24,312 nucleotides of DNA. It comes from Armatimonadota bacterium. Lineage in GTDB: Bacteria; Armatimonadota; Fimbriimonadia; Fimbriimonadales; GBS-DC. Positions within the stretch are counted from its first letter, which is position 1, and every line of letters starts with the position of its first letter. Below, one piece after another: positions 8,944 through 17,982 of the stretch. The position numbers and the translations under genes were made by a program. The DNA lies in the NCBI GenBank assembly GCA_037445735.1, contig JBBIJY010000035.1, positions 1 through 24,312 of the forward strand, in the 5' to 3' direction. The notes under the pieces are model-generated. The model worked only from the letters and a program-made list of their open reading frames with translations, was not told where the DNA came from and searched no databases.

Positions 8944-9036
8944 TTATAAAGAGTCCTGCCTCGTTTTCCACAATTCAATAATCCGCTGGTGTTCAGAGGG
9001 GCTTAGGTGGAAACCTGTTGCGAGCAAATTGTTCAG
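8944..9036 (-). pseudogene. C-terminal remnant of a DUF3368-type PIN toxin
   Basis: An alternative frame at the end of the UPF0175 gene reads LNNLLATGFHLSPSEHQRIIELWKTRQDSL*. This resembles the L..L...GF.LS.......L.L tail I recall from DUF3368 proteins, the usual partners of UPF0175. Confidence 0.6.
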
Positions 9037-9295
9037 TTCTGAGAGTTGCTAAATCGGCTTCTGCATCAGCGGCGGTGTAATCCAGCCAGATGCCGTGCTT
9101 TGCCAGCACCGCCATCATCTCCTGACGGGTTGCCACACCTGCCACCTCTGCTGCCTTGCCCAGCGAGAGACGCCCCTGACGATAGAGTTCGACAGCAATC
9201 GCCTCCCGAATAAAGCCTGCCAGCTCCTGCTCCTGCAAGCCAGTCGCAGCAAGCACAGACTGGGGGATGGAGACCGTAACAGTAACCGTTTTCAC
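8993..9295 (-). CDS. UPF0175 family putative antitoxin
   Basis: AIAVELYRQGRLSLGKAAEVAG...L.KHGI..DY....EADL; GGAGG at 9311-9307 and GGG-TATCAT (hexamer 9328-9323) upstream. The last ~14 residues appear to be read-through past a deletion junction. Confidence 0.9.
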   Translation of the reverse strand: MKTVTVTVSIPQSVLAATGLQEQELAGFIREAIAVELYRQGRLSLGKAAEVAGVATRQEMMAVLAKHGIWLDYTAADAEADLATLRTEQFARNRFPPKPL

Positions 9296-9387
9296 CGGTC
9301 AGCACACCTCCGTTCGAAAAGTATGATACCCGATAAGGGCTTCCTCTTCCCAGAGGGATTGCAGTGGAGGCATCGAGAGCCAGAACC

Positions 9388-11301
9388 CTACCGCTCGAAC
9401 TCCACCACCGTGATTGAGAGCGGCGGCAACAGCATACGCAGTTGTGTACCCTGCACCCGCACGCGGCGCGAGGTGGGCGTCTTGCGCAGCCGATCGTGCA
9501 GAACCCCATACTGATGCACCGTCGCCTGACTGACGGGCGCGGCGTTGCGTAACTGGATGAGCGTGCTGACCGTGAGTGAGCGGGACCTGTTAAGGAGCAA
9601 CAGGCGCGGACGACCGTTATCCGCCCGCCGAACCCCGTACGCGCTCACCAGCGGATGCGTGCTGGTGCAACGCACCAGCCTGTCGCCCGGCGCCGCGAAC
9701 CGACGCAGCATGTCGAACGCATGGAAAACGGGGTAGGGTGTGTTGAGCGGGTCGCCCACGCCCGACGAGTTCGGACCTGCCGACAGCACGCCGTAATCGC
9801 CCCAGTTGCGCCAGCCGTACAGCACGGGGCTGTTGTTGTTCGCCGTGTCGGTGCCATTGTGCAGATCCCACCACAGAAACGCTGCCGCGCCCCCAGCGCA
9901 CGCCTGACCCCACGAATCGAGCAGATAGAGCGCGTTCACCAGGCTGGTCGTCTGCTTGCCCGGGCTGGAGGAGACGGCGTTGTTCTCGGTGACCATAATC
10001 AGCACGCTGTCGCCCGCCGCGCCCAGATAGTCGCGCAACATCTGGCGCGTGCGGGTCAGAATCTCCGCCCAGTCGCGACTGGCGTGCAACAGGTTCGCGT
10101 CATCCTCACGCCCCGGATTCTGGGGATAGTAGTGAATGTCATAGAAATCGGGCACCACATTCAGGTCGCGCAGTGTGGCGAGCAGCACCGCCGACCAGCC
10201 GTTGACCGTCTGACCCGTGCGCGGGTTCGTGACGCTGACACGCTGGGGGAAATCGGTCTCGCTCCATGTGCCCACCACACCCACCTTGATGGAGGGGTCA
10301 GCCGCTTTCATCAGGTTAATCGCGTCGCGGGTGAACTGCGCATAGGTCAGGGCATCATGCTGAAAAGGGTGCGTGTCGTACTCCCAGCTGCCGTAGCACT
10401 CGTTGCCGATGCACCAGTAGCGCACATTGCCCCCACGCGTAATGTTGGCGTACTGTACCCAGTCGCGCGCCTCCTGCGGCGTGCCAGAGCCGTAGTTGAC
10501 CGTGATGATCTTCTCCGCGCCCAGCTGGTTCGCCACATTCAGGAACCCGTCGGTGTTCGTGCCGTAGTTAGTGCCCGTGCGCCGATTGCGGTTGTTTGCC
10601 CAGTCGTATTCGTCGCTGGTGGAGCCGCCCGGAAAGCGCAGCGCCAGAAAGCCGCCCCGCTTCATCATGGTGATGGTGTCGCTCCGGGTCAGGTTCCAGT
10701 CCCAGGTGGCGACATTGATGCCAAACAGCAGCGGTGTCAGCTCGCGAAGAGGCTGATTCAGGTCGATGCTGACCGTCGCGCTGGTGGGCACACTGGCGCG
10801 AAGGAGCCGAATATCGTCCAGATAGAAAGTGGGCACACTTTGCCCGCGCCGCTCAACAAAGTAGATGTCGGTCAGGCGTACGCCCTGCGCCACACCCAGA
10901 TCGCTCAACGGCACCTGCACGCGCACCCACTGATTGGCAGGGATCGAAACATAGTTCGTGATGGGCACGGGCGGGCGTTCGCTGCCGTTCACCGCTGCCA
11001 TCACCGAAAACTGCTGACCGCCTGTGGAGCCGCCATGCACCCAGAACTCCAGATGGCTGAAGCCAGTGGTGTCCAGTCCACCGTGATGGAAGCGCACCGC
11101 CGTCCACGGCAGCAGATTGACCCGAATGGAGTATTGATAGGAGCGCACGGGGTTCGTGTTGCGCATCTCGCGCGGCGCCCACGACCAGTCATCCCACTGT
11201 CCAGCGGGATAATCGAGATAGATGGGCAGGTGCGCATGCTCATCGGCGTAGGCGAGCGCACCCAGCACCATCGCCACCACGCAAAGCGTCCACTCTTTCA
11301 T
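9388..11301 (-). CDS. Secreted clan GH-A glycoside hydrolase (alpha-L-arabinofuranosidase/GH51-GH44-like) with N-terminal CBM-like domain
   Basis: Signal peptide MKEWTLCVVAMVLGALAYA; beta-sandwich module (WDDWSW, LEFWVHGG, WVRVQVPLSDLG, FYLDDI); LRFPGGS.SD.Y.W, YWCIGNE (acid/base), IHYY, VTEN (nucleophile). The ORF-track extension to 12645 is antisense to mtaB. Confidence 0.85.
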   Translation of the reverse strand: MKEWTLCVVAMVLGALAYADEHAHLPIYLDYPAGQWDDWSWAPREMRNTNPVRSYQYSIRVNLLPWTAVRFHHGGLDTTGFSHLEFWVHGGSTGGQQFSVMAAVNGSERPPVPITNYVSIPANQWVRVQVPLSDLGVAQGVRLTDIYFVERRGQSVPTFYLDDIRLLRASVPTSATVSIDLNQPLRELTPLLFGINVATWDWNLTRSDTITMMKRGGFLALRFPGGSTSDEYDWANNRNRRTGTNYGTNTDGFLNVANQLGAEKIITVNYGSGTPQEARDWVQYANITRGGNVRYWCIGNECYGSWEYDTHPFQHDALTYAQFTRDAINLMKAADPSIKVGVVGTWSETDFPQRVSVTNPRTGQTVNGWSAVLLATLRDLNVVPDFYDIHYYPQNPGREDDANLLHASRDWAEILTRTRQMLRDYLGAAGDSVLIMVTENNAVSSSPGKQTTSLVNALYLLDSWGQACAGGAAAFLWWDLHNGTDTANNNSPVLYGWRNWGDYGVLSAGPNSSGVGDPLNTPYPVFHAFDMLRRFAAPGDRLVRCTSTHPLVSAYGVRRADNGRPRLLLLNRSRSLTVSTLIQLRNAAPVSQATVHQYGVLHDRLRKTPTSRRVRVQGTQLRMLLPPLSITVVEFER

Positions 11302-11338
11302 CGTTCTCCGTCCCTTGAATCGCTTCAACGCCGTCCCT

Positions 11339-11372
11339 ATTATAGCCCATTCGCCTGCCGAACGGGTACAAT
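11339..11372. promoter_or_regulatory. Divergent putative -10 elements: TATAAT (minus, 11344-11339) and GGG-TACAAT (plus, hexamer 11367-11372)
   Basis: Seen in the 81-nt gap between the hydrolase and mtaB; the plus box lies 10 nt before the mtaB ATG with no SD. Confidence 0.6.
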
Positions 11373-11382
11373 CTGCTTCACG

Positions 11383-12705
11383 ATGCCGAAGGTCGCGCTC
11401 ACAACGCTGGGCTGTAAGGTCAATCAGTACGAGACCCAGAAGATTCTGGAGAGTTTTGAGGCGCGCGGGTTCGAGGTGGTGCCGTTTGACAGCCCCGCCG
11501 ATGTGTATGTGATCAACACCTGCTCGGTGACGCAATCGGCGGAGTCGAAGTCGCGCCAGACGGTGCGTCGTGCCGCGCGTCAGAACCCGAACGCGATTGT
11601 GGTGATGACGGGCTGCTACGCGCAGTTCAGCCTGCGGCGGGGCGAGCGCGTGCCCGAAGCGCATCTGGTCGTACCCAACCCCGACAAACTGCGCACGGTG
11701 GACATCCTGCTGGAGCAGTTCCCGCAGCTGCAGGCGCAGTTGCGCCCGAACGGGCGACGCGCGCCTTCCATCGTATCGGAGGACGAGCCAGCCGATGGCG
11801 AGGCGGCTCCTTCGGTTCTGCGGCGCACCCGCGCCGTGCTGAAGATTCAGGACGGCTGCAATGTGTTCTGCTCCTTCTGCTCGATTCCCTACACGCGCCC
11901 CGTGATGCGCAGCGTGCCCTATCAGGAGGTGCTGGCGGAGGCGCAGGCGCTGGTGGAGCGCGGCTTCAAAGAGATTGTGCTGACGGGCGTGCTGATTGGC
12001 GATTACGGGCCCCATTCGGGCAGTGGCGGACCTGACCTGCCCGCGCTCTGCCAGCTGCTCAGCGAAATCGATGGGCTGGAACGGATCCGCATCAGCTCCA
12101 TCGAGCCCACGCAGGTCAGCGACGCGCTGATCGAGCTGCTGGCAACCAGCCCCAAAATGTGCCCGCACCTGCATATCCCTCTGCAAAGCGGCGATTCGCG
12201 CGTGCTGAACGCCATGAACCGCCCCTACGATCAGGCGTTCTATCTCGATCTGTGTCGCCGCCTGCGCGAGCGCGTGCCGAACCTGGCTATCAGCACCGAC
12301 ATCATGGTGGGCTTTCCAGGTGAAGATGAGGAGGCGTTCGCGAACACCTGTCGGGTGGTGGAGGCGGTGGAGTTCTGTCGGGCGCATTTGTTCCGCTACT
12401 CGCCGCGACCGGGCACGCCTGCGGAGCAGATGGCGCAGCAGGTGCCCGAACCGGTGAAGCTGGAGCGCTCGCAGCAGCTGCAGGCGCTCTGCCGCACCGT
12501 TCAACTGCGCTACGCCAGCCGATTCATAGGGCGGATCGAATATGTGCGGGCGGAGACCCTCTCCAAACTCTCTGGGCTGATGACGGGCACGAGCGATCAC
12601 TACCTGCAGGTGGAGTTCGTGGCGTCGCCCTCGCTCAGCGGGCAACTCCTGCCCGTCCGAATCACCAGCGTTTCACCAGAGGGCGTGCTGGGCGAGGTGG
12701 TATAA
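11383..12705 (+). CDS. mtaB: tRNA t6A37 methylthiotransferase (radical SAM)
   Basis: TLGCKVNQYE, INTCSVT, TGCYAQ, LKIQDGCNVFCSFCSIPY.R (CxxxCxxC), RIRISSIEP, HLHIPLQSG, H.FRYSPRPGT. Confidence 0.95.
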   Translation: MPKVALTTLGCKVNQYETQKILESFEARGFEVVPFDSPADVYVINTCSVTQSAESKSRQTVRRAARQNPNAIVVMTGCYAQFSLRRGERVPEAHLVVPNPDKLRTVDILLEQFPQLQAQLRPNGRRAPSIVSEDEPADGEAAPSVLRRTRAVLKIQDGCNVFCSFCSIPYTRPVMRSVPYQEVLAEAQALVERGFKEIVLTGVLIGDYGPHSGSGGPDLPALCQLLSEIDGLERIRISSIEPTQVSDALIELLATSPKMCPHLHIPLQSGDSRVLNAMNRPYDQAFYLDLCRRLRERVPNLAISTDIMVGFPGEDEEAFANTCRVVEAVEFCRAHLFRYSPRPGTPAEQMAQQVPEPVKLERSQQLQALCRTVQLRYASRFIGRIEYVRAETLSKLSGLMTGTSDHYLQVEFVASPSLSGQLLPVRITSVSPEGVLGEVV

Positions 12706-12732
12706 TCGCCCTATCGCCGCTCCTACAGGAGG
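12698..12732 (+). promoter_or_regulatory. Putative extended -10 (TGG-TATAAT, overlapping the mtaB stop) and SD (AGGAGG 12727-12732) for metE
   Basis: Read directly from the sequence. Confidence 0.6.
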
Positions 12733-12741
12733 CTAAAAACG

Positions 12742-14961
12742 ATGCAGAGCTACGCTTATGGCTATCCGCGACTGGGTGAACAGCGCGAGTTCAAGCGGTT
12801 GATCGAAGGCTACTGGCAGGGCAAGGTCTCTGAACAGGAGCTGCGAGCGGGTATCGACGCGCTGGAGCAGCGTCGGTGGGCGACCTATGCGCAGTTCGTG
12901 GACGCCTTCCCCGTCGGTGAGATGACCCTTTACGACGCCATGCTCGACACGGCGCTGATGCTGGGCGTCTATCCGATAGACCCCGACGATTTGAACGCCT
13001 ATTTTGAGCTGGCGCGGGGCGCCGACGCGCTGCCGATGACCAAATGGTTCAACACGAACTATCACTATCTGGTGCCGCACATCGAGCGGTCGACGCGCTT
13101 CCAGTTGCGCTGGAACAAGCCGCTGCTAACTCTGCAGCGGTTTCGGTCGGCTGGCGTCGGAGGCGAGGGCGTTCCCTGTTTGATAGGACCCTACACCTTT
13201 GTGCGGCTCAGTCGCGGCTACGCGCCTGACGAGCTGCCCTTCCTGCTACAGGCGGCTGCTGAACCGTATGGCGAGCTGTTGCGGGCTTTGCGCGAGGCGG
13301 GCGCACGTTTCGTCCAGATCGACGAACCAGCCTTCGCGCTGGATGTGCCCGCCGAGCATCTGGGCGCCATCCAGCAGGTCTACACCACGCTCGGTCAGGA
13401 AGCGAACCTGCTGATAATGACCTGCTATGACAGCGTGGACTTTCTGCCCCTGCTGTATGAGCTGCCCATCGCGGGGCTTGGGCTGGATTTTGTACATGGC
13501 AGGCGCAACCTCCACCAGATTGGTCAGTTCGGCTTCCCCAGCGATAAGGTGCTGATAGCGGGCGTGGTGGATGGGCGCAATGTGTGGCGGTCGAACCTGC
13601 GCGCGCTCGTGGAACTGATACGCAATCTGCAGATGCGCACGGGAGCCACGCTCTGGCTGTCCAACGGCTCGCCGCTGATGCACCTGCCCGTGACGGTGGA
13701 GCCAGAGGAGCGGTTAGACCCCGCTCTGAAGGCGCGAATCGCCTTCGCGAAGGAGCGTCTACAGGAACTGCAGCAGTTGAAACGCCTGCTGATTGATGGC
13801 GCTGATCCGTTCAGCCTGCCCGAAGAACCCGCTCTTAGCATCGACCACTGGTACTCGGCGGAGGTTCAGCAGCGGGTGGCGAGCCTGCGCCCGGACGATT
13901 TCGAGCGTGCGCTGCCCTACAGCGAGCGCGATAAAATCCAGCGGGAGCGATTGCGCCTGCCCCTGTTCCCCACCACCACCATCGGCAGCTTCCCGCAAAC
14001 GCCTGAAGTGCGTCAGACGCGCACCGCCTACCGCAACGGCAAAATCAGCCAATCCGAATATGAGGCGTTCATTCAGGATCAGATTCGGCGCTGCATCCAG
14101 CTCCAGGAAGAGATCGGGCTGGATGTACTGGTACATGGCGAGTTCGAGCGCACCGACATGGTGGAATTTTTCGCCGAGAAGATGGAGGGCATCGCGTTCA
14201 CCCAGCAGGGCTGGCTGCTATCGTACGGCACGCGCGTCTATCGCCCGCCCATCATCTACGGTGATGTGCAGCGACGCGAGCCGATGACCGTCAAAGAGAT
14301 TGCGTTCGCCCAGTCGCTCACGCAGAAGCCCGTCAAGGGCATGCTGACCGGTCCCGTCACGATTGTGGCGTGGAGTTTTGTGCGCGAAGATATTCCGGTG
14401 GAGCAGGTGGCGTTCCAGATTGCGCTCGCGTTGCAGGATGAGGTGCGCGATCTGGAGGCGGCGGGCATCCAGATTGTGCAGATTGACGAGCCAGCCTATC
14501 GTGAGAAGGCGCCGCTCAAACGCGCCGACTGGGAGCCGTACTTCCGCTGGGCAGCGCAGGCGTTTCGGCTCGCCGCTCGCGCCCGACCTGAAACCCAGGT
14601 GCATACCCACATGTGCTACTCCGAGTTCAACGAGGTGCTGCCGTTCATCGACCTGATGGACGCCGATGTGATCACCATCGAGGCGACGCGCAGCAAGGGC
14701 GAGGTCATCGGTGCGTTCGAGCATTACAACTACGCGCGGCAGATAGGTCCGGGCGTGTTTGATGTGCATTCGCCCGTTGTGCCGAGCGTCGAATCGATTG
14801 AGGCGATTATCGAGCGGGCGATCCGGGTGATCCCGCGCGAGCGGTTCTGGATCAACCCTGACTGCGGGCTGAAGACGCGCCGCTGGGAAGAGGTGATCCC
14901 CGCATTGACGAACATGGTGCAGGCGGCGCGCAACCTCCGTGCGCGCTACGGCGCAGGCTGA
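12742..14961 (+). CDS. metE: Cobalamin-independent methionine synthase
   Basis: GYPRLG..RE.K, MTKWFNTNYHYLVP, PTTTIGSFPQT, LDVLVHGEFERTDMVEFF, KGMLTGPVT, HTHMCYSEF and WINPDCGLKTR (Zn ligands). Confidence 0.98.
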   Translation: MQSYAYGYPRLGEQREFKRLIEGYWQGKVSEQELRAGIDALEQRRWATYAQFVDAFPVGEMTLYDAMLDTALMLGVYPIDPDDLNAYFELARGADALPMTKWFNTNYHYLVPHIERSTRFQLRWNKPLLTLQRFRSAGVGGEGVPCLIGPYTFVRLSRGYAPDELPFLLQAAAEPYGELLRALREAGARFVQIDEPAFALDVPAEHLGAIQQVYTTLGQEANLLIMTCYDSVDFLPLLYELPIAGLGLDFVHGRRNLHQIGQFGFPSDKVLIAGVVDGRNVWRSNLRALVELIRNLQMRTGATLWLSNGSPLMHLPVTVEPEERLDPALKARIAFAKERLQELQQLKRLLIDGADPFSLPEEPALSIDHWYSAEVQQRVASLRPDDFERALPYSERDKIQRERLRLPLFPTTTIGSFPQTPEVRQTRTAYRNGKISQSEYEAFIQDQIRRCIQLQEEIGLDVLVHGEFERTDMVEFFAEKMEGIAFTQQGWLLSYGTRVYRPPIIYGDVQRREPMTVKEIAFAQSLTQKPVKGMLTGPVTIVAWSFVREDIPVEQVAFQIALALQDEVRDLEAAGIQIVQIDEPAYREKAPLKRADWEPYFRWAAQAFRLAARARPETQVHTHMCYSEFNEVLPFIDLMDADVITIEATRSKGEVIGAFEHYNYARQIGPGVFDVHSPVVPSVESIEAIIERAIRVIPRERFWINPDCGLKTRRWEEVIPALTNMVQAARNLRARYGAG

Positions 14962-15905
14962 GGTGCCTGCTGTGCCTCGATTCGGCGGATTTTGACTTGA
15001 GGCAGCAGCTCCAGCACCTGCTCGCGCGTGGCGATTTCGGCGCCGCTGGTGGTCGCGGTCGCGGCGCCGGCGGCGGTGCCCCAGCGTAGGGCTTCCTCCA
15101 TCGTACCGCCCTGCGACAGGATATGGAGCATGCCAGCAACCATTGAGTCGCCGCTGCCGATGGTACTGCGTGCGGGCACGGCTGGCGGGATAGCACGGAA
15201 CGCGCCCTCACTGCTAACGGCGTCGGCGCCCCTTACCCCACGCGAGATGACCACATAGCGAATGCCGCGCTCGTGCAGTTCGCGCGCCGCTGCGAAGCAG
15301 TCGGCATCGGTGCGCAGGGCGCGACCCAGCAACCGCTCCGCCTCATGCTCGTTCGGCTTGATCAGATCGGGTCGGGCCCGCAGGGCAGCGAGCATCGGCG
15401 GACCGTCGCTATCGAGCGCGCAGGGCACGCCCGCCTGACGCGCACGCTCGATAAGAATCGCGTAGGCGTCGCGTGGCACACCCGGCGGCAGGCTACCGCC
15501 CATCGCCAGCCACGACGCCTGTGGCAGGTATTGCTCCACCTTTGACAGCAACGCCTCCCACGCCTGCGGGCTGATTTCGGGACCCGGCTCGTTCAGCATT
15601 GTGGGCGGTCGCCCCGACGATTCCTCGATGCAGAGATTGCGGCGTGTGGGCTTGTCGATCCAGATGAAATCGTGGGGCACGCCCTCGTGGTTCAACACAG
15701 CCGCCACGAACTGCCCCGTTTTGCCGCCGAGAAAGCCCAGCGCCATCACGGGGCTACCCAGCCGGTGGGCAACCCGCGCCAGATTGACGCCCTTGCCGCC
15801 CGCGTCCACCTCCACCCGCAGCACGCGGTTCGTGTCATGCAGGCGCAACTCCTCCACAAAAACCGCCTCATCCACCGACGGATTGAGCGTGACCGTGAGT
15901 ATCAT
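14946..15905 (-). CDS. 1-phosphofructokinase-family hexose kinase (PfkB/FruK type)
   Basis: ILTVTLNPSVD, AGGKGVN, GSLPPGV, LIKPNEHE, STIGSGDSMVAG. Confidence 0.93.
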   Translation of the reverse strand: MILTVTLNPSVDEAVFVEELRLHDTNRVLRVEVDAGGKGVNLARVAHRLGSPVMALGFLGGKTGQFVAAVLNHEGVPHDFIWIDKPTRRNLCIEESSGRPPTMLNEPGPEISPQAWEALLSKVEQYLPQASWLAMGGSLPPGVPRDAYAILIERARQAGVPCALDSDGPPMLAALRARPDLIKPNEHEAERLLGRALRTDADCFAAARELHERGIRYVVISRGVRGADAVSSEGAFRAIPPAVPARSTIGSGDSMVAGMLHILSQGGTMEEALRWGTAAGAATATTSGAEIATREQVLELLPQVKIRRIEAQQAPQPAP

Positions 15906-15915
15906 AGCCTCTATT

Positions 15916-16617
15916 TTACTCGGAGCCTGCCTGCTCTTGCCTCAGTCGCTCGATTTCCTGCTTGATTTCGTTCACAACCTCGGGGTTAGCAATCTGCTTG
16001 GTATTGTCTCGCTTCACCGAGAAAACTATAAAAACCCGTCCGCCCTGTTCTTTTTCAAAACGACGGTGTGATTCCTGCATCCATTCGCGCCACCTATGTG
16101 GCTCCGGCGTATGCTCATAACTCGTGGGCTTAATTTGAATACCAATATATTTCCCATCTATTTCTATGTAAAAGTCTATGTTATATTTTCTATCCCATTC
16201 ATCTGGTGATGGTATCAGTTTGAACTGAAGCAGGCTTTCCAGCTGTTCGTAAACGGTTTTCTTCTCGGTGAGATAACCTTCGAAGGTTCGGCGAATTACC
16301 ACATCATGCACATAGCTGATACAGTCTTCTTCGGTGATTTGATCGATCTCTGCGCGAAGTTGTTCGCTGATTTTAGCATAAAGTCGGCGTCCGATTTCTT
16401 GCAAATGTTCTTCCATCGTACTTCCCAACAGTCCACCTTCCGGGGAGACCTGACTCAGGTAGTACTGCTCCTACTCCTCGACTGTTCGTGGAGCGCAGGC
16501 ACGGATGGCTTCCGATAGCTTGCCAACATAACGCGGGCGGTTGAACTGCCAGCGATTAAAGGCGATGTTCAATATCCACTCTTTAGAGCTTCCCTTAGAG
16601 CTTCTCTTCTCAGCCAT
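15916..16617 (-). pseudogene. MjaI-family type II restriction endonuclease interrupted by one in-frame TAG (16473-16471)
   Basis: ORF-track pieces 16471..16686 and 15916..16428 are in the same frame: ...APRTVEE*EQYYLSQVSPEGGLLGSTMEEHL... Motifs KEWILN, VGKLSEAIR, RTFEGY.TE, D.KYNIDFYI, IGIQIKP (PD-(D/E)xK-like). Start overlaps the MTase stop by 8 nt. Visibly AT-richer than the flanks. Confidence 0.85.
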
Positions 16618-17887
16618 TGCGGTTCTCCTCTGCTTGGATGAATCGCTCACGATACTTATAGATTCGGCTTCGGTCGGCTTTAGCAAGCCCCATTTCTATC
16701 ATCTTGCGATTGATGAACAGGCGATTGGTGAGATAGAGATAGGCGGGTACGGGCTGACCCTCGCCATCAGGTGGGCACTCAAATCGCAAAATTACCCGCT
16801 TGCCAACCACATAGGTGTTGAGATAAGCCTGCACCTGTTCGTAGCGGTGAGACGGGATACGAACGCCCAGAAGCGAAACCTGAAGCCCGTTCTCCATGAG
16901 CAAGATAGGTACCTCATTTTCAACTCGAAGCGCCGCGATCACCCTGTAGGTTGCGTCGGGTTCGAAGCGCAGCTGGTTCGGTTCCACGAGCGGCTGGGCG
17001 TCCTTAATGCGGGGCGTATATCCAGCTGGCGGTTCCACCGGGGATATCGTCTGTTCACGCTGGCAGATGCTGATGCTGGGCGCCATCAGGCTGCCGGCGC
17101 CCAGCTTCGCGCGAATGATAGGAACATAGTCCGCCTGTATCTCATAGCCGATGGCGTGACGCTGAAGTTCCAGAGCTGCTTTAAGCGTTGTACCACTCCC
17201 CACGAACGGGTCCAGCACCGTTTCGCCGACAAAAGAAAACATGCGTATCAATCGACGGGGCAACTCTTCGGGGAACATCGCTTCGTGCAGGGTTTGTCGC
17301 TCTCCTGCAAACTGCCAGTGTCCGCTGAAGAGGGTTTTCCATTCGTCGAGCGACAGCGCGGAGGCTTCGCGTATGTCGGGTTCCACCCTTTGCAGTTTGC
17401 CAGGCTTGCGAAAGAGCAGGATATATTCGTAGTCCAGCTCCACGATGCCGTTGGGCGGATATGGGAACGACCCCATCACCACAGCGCCGCCAGAAGGGCG
17501 CATCGTGGTCTTCTTCTGCCAGATAATAGCGCCCAGATAATCGAAGCCAATCGTTTCACACTGGGCGATAATCTCGGCATGCAGGGGGATGACCTTATAC
17601 TGCCCATAAATCACAGCGCGAGCGAACTGATCGCCGATATTGATGCAGAGTCGGCGTCCGGGCATCAGCACCCGCCAGCATTCACGCCAGACGCGGCTCA
17701 AATCATAAAGGTACTCATGCAGGGTCTGTCCGTAGCCAATCTGGTTGGGTACGCCGTAATCTTTGATATGCCAGTAGGGAGGCGAGGTGATGATTAGCGC
17801 AACACTTTCGGCGGACGTTTCCGCCATGTTGCGACTGTCAGCAATGTAAACCTGTGCCTGTGGAGTGACGCTCAGTCGTGCGGCCAT
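16610..17887 (-). CDS. Beta-class amino DNA methyltransferase (probably m4C) with C-terminal thermonuclease-like domain
   Basis: Motif IV ITSPPY precedes motif I VLDPFVGSGTT; H.AMFPEELP.RLI. The C-terminus (VSLLGV...YLYLTNRLFINRKMIEMGLAKAD) resembles SNase folds. Start ATG 17887, 7 nt after GG-TATACT. Confidence 0.92.
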   Translation of the reverse strand: MAARLSVTPQAQVYIADSRNMAETSAESVALIITSPPYWHIKDYGVPNQIGYGQTLHEYLYDLSRVWRECWRVLMPGRRLCINIGDQFARAVIYGQYKVIPLHAEIIAQCETIGFDYLGAIIWQKKTTMRPSGGAVVMGSFPYPPNGIVELDYEYILLFRKPGKLQRVEPDIREASALSLDEWKTLFSGHWQFAGERQTLHEAMFPEELPRRLIRMFSFVGETVLDPFVGSGTTLKAALELQRHAIGYEIQADYVPIIRAKLGAGSLMAPSISICQREQTISPVEPPAGYTPRIKDAQPLVEPNQLRFEPDATYRVIAALRVENEVPILLMENGLQVSLLGVRIPSHRYEQVQAYLNTYVVGKRVILRFECPPDGEGQPVPAYLYLTNRLFINRKMIEMGLAKADRSRIYKYRERFIQAEENRNG

Positions 17888-17904
17888 CGGAGAAAGTATA
17901 CCTG

Positions 17905-17980
17905 TGGCGCCCCCGGCGGGACTCGAACCCACAACCAACGGCTTAGAAGGCCGCTGCTCTATCCATTGAGCTACGGGGGC
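17905..17980 (-). tRNA. tRNA-Arg (anticodon TCT)
   Basis: GCCCCCG TA GCTC AATGGATA GAGC A GCGGC CT-TCT-AA GCCGT TGGTT GTGGG TTCGAGT CCCGC CGGGGGC G CCA: full cloverleaf, 76 nt, encoded CCA. Confidence 0.98.
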
Positions 17981-17982
17981 TA

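Noticed and set aside
9388-12705. Two >1000-aa overlapping ORFs (9388..12645 minus, 9655..12705 plus)
   Set aside because: Each is a real gene (hydrolase from 11301, mtaB from 11383) extended by the stop-poor antisense frame of the other; divergent -10 boxes lie between the true starts.
12706-12741. SAM or cobalamin riboswitch upstream of metE
   Set aside because: Only 36 nt of intergenic sequence; no room and no recognisable aptamer.
16471-16473. Pyrrolysine or alternative-code readthrough of the TAG in the endonuclease
   Set aside because: TAG is used as a normal stop by several genes here and the context fits a Trp>amber point mutation.
16583-16604. TTAGAGCTTC repeated at 12-nt period near the endonuclease N-terminus (SSKGSSKE)
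   Set aside because: Short in-frame duplication in a variable N-terminus; too short to suggest phase variation.
15906-17980. R-M genes as a classical tRNA-integrated element with att repeats
   Set aside because: Position at the tRNA 3' end and lower GC fit an islet, but I found no duplicate of the tRNA 3' end and no integrase, so it is not called a mobile element.
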